Assembly: GCA_039096225.1 (NCBI GenBank)
Contig: JBBPEB010000020.1
Coordinates: forward strand, 310,001 to 374,000
Length of the DNA: 64,000 nt
Source of the DNA: Blastocystis sp. Blastoise
Lineage: Eukaryota; Protista; Bigyra: Opalinata
Direction of reading: 5' to 3'
Shown: positions 55,734 through 64,000 of the stretch, piece after piece
Numbering within the stretch: position 1 is the first letter of the stretch
Layout of the letters: every line of letters begins with the position of its first letter
Notes under the pieces: generated by a model
The model's database searches: none
Told to the model about the DNA's origin: nothing
The model's input: only the letters and a program-made list of their open reading frames with translations
Made by a program: the position numbers and the translations under genes

Positions 55734-57000
55734 GAGGCATTGTTAGAAATACCCAAAAAAACCATAATTATTTTAACCTGCCCAAAAAAAAATCGAATTG
55801 TTAGAAATACCCAAAAATATTCAAAAGTTTTGTTAAAATACCCAAAATTTTTACAAAATTGGTAGAAATACCCAACTGTTTATTTTAGAATCTAAACGAT
55901 TGGTGGCTTGAAAACACAAATTCTTCATAGCCAATTAAAATTCTTTTTATTTCTTTTGTCATTATTAGAAAAAAATATACTCAAGAATATATTTTTATTT
56001 TCTTTATAAAGCTTACATAAAATTTTTGTAGTAATTAAAACATAAGAAATATTTTAATAGATTATTATAATAATTTAGAAAAGTAGTTATTTAATTTAAG
56101 AGAAGCATTTTTATTTACAAATTAAATATAATTATGTCAAATTTTTAAATTAAGGATAGTATAAATACTTCAGACACTTATATCGACTGATTAGTGTCAT
56201 TTATAGTGTAATAATATATTGTATTGCTCTCGAATAAAGCTTTTAAAAACTACAACGTAATTTTTCATGATTTTTCATTTATTAATCACTATAAAAATGA
56301 AATTTGTTGTCCAGAATCACAAAAATATACTTTATTTTAATTTTGACATATTTAGACAATTAAAGCTTTAATTACTGCATATTTAACAACAAAGATATCT
56401 GTAAATCAATATTAGATTCATGTAGACTATTTTTATGTTATAATTTGGTAACTGATTCAGTTCAGCCACAACAAGAAGTGGAAATATGTTTTTGTTTGAT
56501 TAAGGTGAACTATCATAAGTTTAAAGATAGTGAATAAATAACAAAATTTGAGACTGTAAAAATATATGGAGTCAAAATTATGTATGTAAAAAGTTTCAAC
56601 TAGAGAATGTAGTTTTACTATAAATGTAAAAGCTAGGGTATCGAATAAAAAAACAAAAAACCCCAAAAAAGAAGACTTGCTTACAGATGTTACATTTCAA
56701 ATTATCCGTTTATGTTCCATTTCCAAGGTGATGATGTTTCTGGATGGGTAGTCAAAAGATATTGTTGTCACGACTCTTCTGAGCAAACTTAAATAAATAA
56801 ATTATATTCTTATATTAACATATTTATAGAAATGCAATCGTTTGTATATATTATATATCAAATGAAACAAAAAGCAAAAAATAGATTATAAGTTGTTAAA
56901 AAAAGTGTTAAAAATAAATTAAATGATTTAAAAGATAATACTAAACAATATATAGTGCTAAAAGAAAGAATAAAAGAAAACAAATTAGACATATCATATG
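55734..57000 (+). mobile_element. Left end of a fourth MULE inserted in a piggyBac intron
   Basis: Starts GAGGCATTG. TTGTTAGAAATACCCAAAA-like motif recurs about every 30 bp (55740-55876). Decayed Zn-finger exon RRLAYRCYISNYPF...GWVVKRYCCH at ~56670-56770. Other end not in the window. Confidence 0.65.
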
Positions 57001-57228
57001 AACTATTAATATTTTTAATCAAGAATATATATATATATATTACATGATTCTACATAAATATATTAATATATTAGAATTTCTATTTTCTACACAATATTTA
57101 ATATATATAAATTTATATATATATGTATACATGTATACTATTCAATACATATGTATATCTATTCTATATACATATACAATTCTATATATATATATATATA
57201 TATATTGATATATATATATATATATAGA

Positions 57229-57283
<55 letters not shown>

Positions 57284-57589
57284 CATTCTATACATATGCT
57301 TATTTATAATATATTATAGAATTCTAATATATCCGATTAAGTATATATATATGTTCAATATATATATAATATATGTTTTTCTATATATGTTATTCTTCAT
57401 ACTAATAAAAGTAACATATATACACAATTCTATTTATTGTTTTATATATCAATATATATATAATTCAATATATCAAATATTGTGTATAGCGTTTTAAAAA
57501 ATGAGAATTCAACTTCAATTGAATGAAGAAAACGATTCTTAGAATAATAGGAATAGGAAATTTATAATAAGAAGTGGTAGTAATATACG

Positions 57590-60500
57590 TAGATGAAGAA
57601 TGATAATAGAAGTTGATAAAAAAGTAGCAGCAGAAGTAAAATGAGAAAGAGAAAAAGTAGAAGTAGAAGGACAAGGAGATATAGAAGAACAAGGACAAGG
57701 ACAAGGACAAGGACAAGAATAAGATGAGGGAGAAGGAGAAGGACAAGAAGGACAAGAAGGACAAGAAGAATAAGAATAAGATGAGGGAGAAGGACAAGGA
57801 CAAGGACAAGGACAAGAAGAAGAAGAATGACAAGGACAAGGACAAAAAGAAAGACAAGAAGAAGGACAAGGACAAGGACAAGGACAAGGACAATGAAAAT
57901 GGCAAGAATAAGAATTAAAAGGATAAGGACAAGGACAAGGACAAAAAGAAGAAAGACAGGAGAAGAAGAAGGAGAAGAAGAAGAACAAGGAGAAGGAGAA
58001 ATATAATGATAAGAACATGAAAGAGAAAGATAAGCACGAGAAGAAGAAAAAGAAGAAAGAGAAGAAAAAAAGAATAAACCAAGAATAAGCATAATAAGAA
58101 AAACATCAGTAGAAGGTAGGAATAAGTAGAATGAGAATGATTAGAAGTAGAAGTATAAGGATAATATAAGAAAAAGCAGACGGAGAAGGGAAAATATGTG
58201 GATGTAGAAGATGAAAATGAGAATAAAAGTGGAAGAAGAAGAGAATAAAAAGATAATAGGAAGGAGAAGGATAATAAGAGAATAAGAATGGCAAAGTGAA
58301 GGAGGGAAAAAAGAAAGAGAAGAAGAAAAATTATAAGAAGAAGACAAGAAGGAAAAAGAGAATAGAAGGAGAGGAACAAAATATGAATAAGAAGGAGAAT
58401 GACAAGAAGGAGAAGGATAAGAAGGGGAAGAGGAAAATAATGACAAAGAGAAGGAGGAGAAGGAAGAAAGAACAAGAAAGAGACGAATGGAAAAAGGAAA
58501 GAGAAGAGAAGAATAGCAAAGAGAAAGAGAAGTAGAAGTAGAAGTAGAAGAGGGAGAAGAAGGAGAAGTAGAAGAGGGAGGAGAAGGAGAAGGAGAAGGA
58601 GAAGGAGAAGGAGAAGGAGAAGGAGAAGGAGAAGGAGAAGGAGAAGGAGAAGGAGAAGGAGAAGGAGAAGGAGAAGGAGAAGGAGAAGGAGAAGGAGAAG
58701 GAGAAGGAGAAGGAGAAGGAGAAGGAGAAGGAGAAGGAAAAAGAAAAAGAAAAGGAAAAGGAAAAGGAGAATAAGAAGGAGAAGGAGAAGGAGAATGACA
58801 AGAATAAGAAGGAGAAGGAGAATGAAAAGGAGAAGGAGAAGGAAAAGGAGAAGGAGAATGACAAGAATAATAAGGAAACGGAGAATGAGAAAGAAAAAAA
58901 GAAAGAGAAAGAGAAGGAGAAGGAGAAGGAGAAGGAGAAGGAGAAGGAGAAGGAGAAGGAAAAGGAAAAGGAAAAGGAAAAAGAAAAAGAAAAGGAAAAG
59001 GAGGATAAGTAGAAGGAGAATGACAAAGACAAGGAGAATGAAAAGGAGAAGAAGAAGAAGGAAAAGGATAATAAGAAGAAGAATAAGGAGAAGGAGAAGG
59101 CGAACAAGAGGAAGAAGTAGAAGTAGAAGTAGAAGTATAAGGACAAGAATAAGAATGACAAGGACAAGGACAAAGACAAGAAGAAGAAGAATGACAAGGA
59201 GAAGGACAAGAATAAGAATAAAAATAAGAAGGATAAGAAGAGAAGGATTAGGACAAGAATAAGAATGATAAGGACAAGGACAAGAAGAAGAATGACAAGG
59301 ACAAGGACAAAAAGAAAGACAAGGATAAGAAGAAGACGAAGGACAAGATGAAGGGCAAGAAGAAGAGCAAGAGGAAGAAGAAGAAAGAGAAGTAGAATGA
59401 CAATGACAATGACAATGACAATGGCAAGGACAAGGACAAGAAGAAGAAGAAGAAGTAAAATAAGAAGAATAAGAAGAATAATAATAAGAAGAAGAAGAAG
59501 AAGAAGTAGAAGGAGAAGGAGCAGGACAAGATAATGGACAAGAAAAAGAAGAAGAAGAAGAAAAAGAAGAAAAAGAAGAAAGAGAAGAAAATAAAAATAA
59601 ACCAAGAATAAACATAATAAGAAAAACATCAGTAGAAGATAAGAATAAGTAGAATGAGAATGATTAGAAGTAGAAGTACAAGGATAAGGATAATATAAGA
59701 AAAAGAAGACGGAGAAGGGATAATATGTGGGTATAGAAGAAGAAATATGAGAATAAAAGTGGAAAAAGAAGAGACTCAAAAGAGAATAGAAGGAGAGGAG
59801 CAACATATGAATAAGAAGGAGAATAGGAAAGAGAAAGAGAAGAAAGAGAAGAAGAAGGAGAAGGATAAGAAGATAAGAATGACAAAGAGAATGAGGAGAG
59901 GAAAGAGAAGAACGAGAAAAAATGAAGGAAAAAGAAAGAGAAGAATAAGGAAAAGTGAAATTATAAAGCGAAGAAGAAGCAGAAAAAGAAAGAAAATGAT
60001 AAGAAGAATGAGAAGAAGAAGAAGAAGAAGAAGAAGAAGAAGAAGACAGAGAAGAATATATGGAGCAAGAAGAAACATGAGAATAAAATGTGTAGCAAGA
60101 AGAGAATAAAAAGATGGAGAAGGAGAGGAGCAAAGTATAAATAAGAAGGATAATAGGAAAGATAAGAAGGATAAGAAGGATAAGAAGGATAAGAAGGATA
60201 AGAAGGACAAAGAGGAGGAGGAGAAGAAGAACAATTATAGGAAGAAGGATAAGAAGGAAAAAGAAAAGTAGGGGTAAAAGAGGAAAGAGAAAGAGAAGGA
60301 CAAGAAGGAAAAAAAGAGGAGAAGAAGAAAAATTATAAGAAGAAGGATAAGAAGGACAAAGAGGATAAGGAGAAGAAAGAGAATAAAGAGAAGAAAGAGA
60401 ATAAAGAGAAAGAAAAGAAACAGACGAAGGAGAAGGACAAGAAGAAGGATAAGAAGAAGGATAAGAAGAAGGATAAGAAGAAGGACAAGAAGAAAGACAA

Positions 60501-61800
60501 GAAGAAGAAGAAGAAGAAGAAGAAGGACAAGAAGAAGAGGAAGGAATGCCAAGAAGAAGAAGAGCAAGAACAAGAAGAACAAGAAGAACAAGAAGGATAA
60601 GAAAGAGAAGAAGGACAAGAGGAAGGATAAAGAAAAGTAAAAGTATAAATAGAAGGAGAATATAGAAAAGGAGATAGAGATGAAGACAAAAAAGTAGACG
60701 TAGAAGGAGAAAAATAAATAAATAAAAGTATAGTAGTAGAAACAGAAGTATAAATAGAAGTATAAATAGAAGTATAAGAATAGGAAAATGAGAATTATTA
60801 GAAGAAGAAAAATGAGAAGAAGAATGAGAAGAAGAATAAAAATAAGAATAAGAATAAGAAAAAGTGAAAAAGAAGAAGAAGAATGAGAAATTGAATATAG
60901 AAAAAAAGAAGAAGATGAAAGAGAAAGAGAAAGATAATAGCAAGAAGAAGTATAAGTACAAGAAGACTGAGAAGAATAAGAAGTAGTAGAAGCAAAAGCA
61001 CGAGTAGGAGTTGGAGTAAAAGCAGAACTACAAGTAGATATATAAGCAGAAATATAAGTAGAATAATAAGAAGTATTATCAGTAGTAGTGTAGCTGTAGA
61101 AATAGAAGAAAAAATAAAAGAGTAAGTAGTAGTAGAAGAAATATGAGTAGAAGTACAAGTAGAAATAGAAGAATGAAGGAAAGAAGGAAAAAAGGAAGAA
61201 GCTAAAGGAGAAGAATTGCAAGGAGAATAAGGAAAAAAGGAACAAAATGGAATGGAAATGATAACGAGAGAAAAAAGAAAAGAAGAAGAAGAAAAGAAAA
61301 AATAAGAATAAGAAGATGTAGAAGGATAATAAAAGAAGAAACAACAATAATAATGAGAACAAGAAGTAAATCTATAATGAGAGGAGAAGTGGAAAGGAAG
61401 TATAGTAGAGAAGAAGTATAATGAAATGTAAAATAAGATGTAAAGGTGAAAGAAGCATAAGAAGAAGTAAAGTAGAAGAAAAAGAAGAATCATGAAAGGA
61501 TAAGAAGAATGAAGAATAATGAAAAGGATAGGGATAAGAAGTATAATGAGAAGGACGAAGAAGTAATAGTAGAATTTGTGAAGAGGTAATAGTAAAGAAA
61601 AGAAAAGTTTATATCTATACATAAAAGAAGAAAAACTAGAGTAAGATGTACAGTAGAATTAAGAATGAAGAATTAACAATAAAGAATGAAGAATTAAGAT
61701 TAAGAATGAAGAATGAAGAATTAAGATTAAGAATTAACAATAAAGAATGAAGAATGAAGAATGAAGAATGAAGAATGAAGAATGAAGAATGAAGAATTAA
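57590..61800. repeat. Purine-rich low-complexity tract with internal duplication
   Basis: (GAA)n, (GAAGGA)n, (GGACAA)n, (GAAGAAT)n. Block ~58040-58440 recurs at ~59565-59890. Confidence 0.92.
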
Positions 61801-62797
61801 TACCAATAAATCTAAAGAATATATAATATTATAAAAATGGAATAATAATTATTATTATAAAGAAAAAAATAACAAATATATTATTAATAGTCAGTGTAAA
61901 CAAACTAAATATACTATTAAATACATATATACCTTATTAAAGACTTGAATCATTGCAATCTGATTCCCAGGTTGTGCTTCAGTTTGATTGGTTTCACTAA
62001 AGAAATAAATAGAATAAATAAATTAAATTCATAAAAGTATATATATATTAAAGAAACAACAAGATAGAAAAATAGGAGCTAATTCAATTATAAAAATAAT
62101 AATACTAATGAAAACAAAATAAATATGTTATGAGAATGATAAGAATATACTAATAGCATAGAAATAAAATAGATATAGCAAAGAATAAACAAAATGAGAA
62201 AATGTAAAATAATTATATACCTTAGATTCATTAGTATTGTTTACCAAGACCTTTAGAGTTGATTTGAAACCATATGAAGCTTGTTCTGAATATCTAAACA
62301 ATATGTAACCAATTGATCAACTAATTACTATATAAAACAAAATATTTGAAGAGAGTAAACTATATAATATATAGATTTATGACTAGGAAACATACGTAGA
62401 TTCATTTTATATGTCTATAATGACAATATATGAAATAAAACAGTATTTGAGTTTCAAGAAATAATCATTCTGAGGATGGAAACAGGGTTAAAACAGCCTA
62501 AATAGCGGAAGCAACCTCTTTGATAAAAACTGTTTTGTGATTCAGTGAACAAGTTTTAAAAATAATTTCTAGAGATTCAAAGTATGGGATAAAAAGTCTT
62601 CTTTGATATGGTCCCTATTCTTAAAGTTTTTCAGAATTACTTCAATCCGTGAAAGTCTTATTCAGCATCAGCTTAAATGAACTGCTGAAAGAAGTATATT
62701 TTTTAAATATTATTATATGGATTATTTGTTTATTTAGAAGGTTATTTTATACTTTATAATTATATTATATTTTATATGCATATTATTATAGATTAGG

Positions 62798-63392
62798 AAT
62801 GAAATAAATCCAAATAATAAGCCAATTGGTGATTCATTCTTTCAGGTATATGTTTATTTGAATTAGTATTATATATATAGGTTTGGAAACATGATTTAGA
62901 GAGCCTGATGACGTTCGCTATTTAATATTGGAAGAAACTATATTTGTCATAATTTCTTGATTGGCAATTTTGGTTTTAGTGTGATCTGGTAGTATATTGT
63001 TTTATATTTTGTTTCTATATTTAATTATTATATAGTGAAGAATTTGAAAGAAAAAATTAAATGAATTACATTTACTGAGAAGAATGTTACCTAGGTCTTT
63101 TTATTATTTTAATGACTTCTCTCATGATCTTACAAGTATATATTTTTATTATTATCAATATACCTCATATTATTATATAGAAATGGTGAATGATCAGTTG
63201 TTTGAAGTTTTATTATCTTTCAAATTCATAGTATCATTGAATTATTGAAGGTATATATATATATAATAATTATCATATCTTTTATAGGTATAACAGAAAC
63301 AAAACAATGATTATGTCAAGATTATTTTAATATATATTCAGTTAAAAGTATATATATTTATTAGAACTTAAACATCATCATCAATAGTTGAT

Positions 63393-63434
<42 letters not shown>

Positions 63435-64000
63435 TATTTATCATTTTTATTCCTTTTATTCATTATATATATATAATATTATTTATTATATATTATCATA
63501 TATAGACGTATTAATGATCACTTGGATAATCAACTCATTATATACATATAGTATATATATCTACATATATTCTTGTTTATATATGTATATATATATATAT
63601 TTATATTAATAACATATGTATATAGATTACATTATTTATTATAATATTTAAGTATTATCTTATTAGCAATCACACAATGTATATATAAATATATATTCCT
63701 ATTTATTAATTTATATTTTAATAATTTGTCTAGAATATTTTGTATATAATATAATATTATGTTATACATTTTCTTTTTCTTTTTATAATCTATTGTTTTT
63801 TATTCTTAAACTTATATATATATATATAGAATTATTACTGCCATTGAATGGTTTGCTTTCTATAATCGATATTACTACATAATACATATTCTTTTTATGT
63901 AAATATATATGTTATATTACTTTTCTATTATTCTTTATCTCTTATTAGTATTATGTTGTTTATTATCTTTTATTTTATTTTTAAACAATGATTATATATA
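62798..64000 (+). pseudogene. Intron-rich gene fragments, unidentified
   Basis: Series of short AG/GT-bounded exons, with stops when spliced in order. Confidence 0.35.

Noticed and set aside
57465-61622. Long minus-strand ORFs (up to 876 aa) rich in L/F/S
   Set aside because: By-product of a pyrimidine-rich strand that lacks stop triplets. ORFs overlap in all frames and have no domain.

Overview
Very AT-rich eukaryotic DNA with short GT-AG introns, many expanded by (AT)n or (TTA)n microsatellites. Putative-Ig (He_PIG-type) repeats and 30-40 nt introns suggest a Blastocystis-like stramenopile, but that is inference. The window is almost entirely a nest of DNA transposons and I saw no retroelement. 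It contains: (1) a complete non-autonomous CACTA element (693-7558; 13-bp TIRs, ATA TSD) filled with host-gene fragments; (2) a complete 15.4-kb Mutator/MULE (10734-26179; TIRs built from 29-bp tandem units, 9-bp TSD) with an apparently intact spliced transposase plus cargo including UTP20-like exons that appear out of order; (3) two further damaged MULE transposases; (4) a Crypton-like intron-containing tyrosine recombinase; (5) hAT fragments and two hAT MITEs with 8-bp TSDs; (6) Helitron-like termini; (7) a CACTA transposase with a divergent partner gene, inside ~1.5-kb inverted repeats; (8) a piggyBac transposase interrupted by a fourth MULE end; (9) a 4-kb purine-rich tract. The most unusual signal is the Pack-type cargo: same-strand mosaics of host-gene pieces joined within exons and rich in CCGCGG. 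All protein assignments come from motif recognition by eye.
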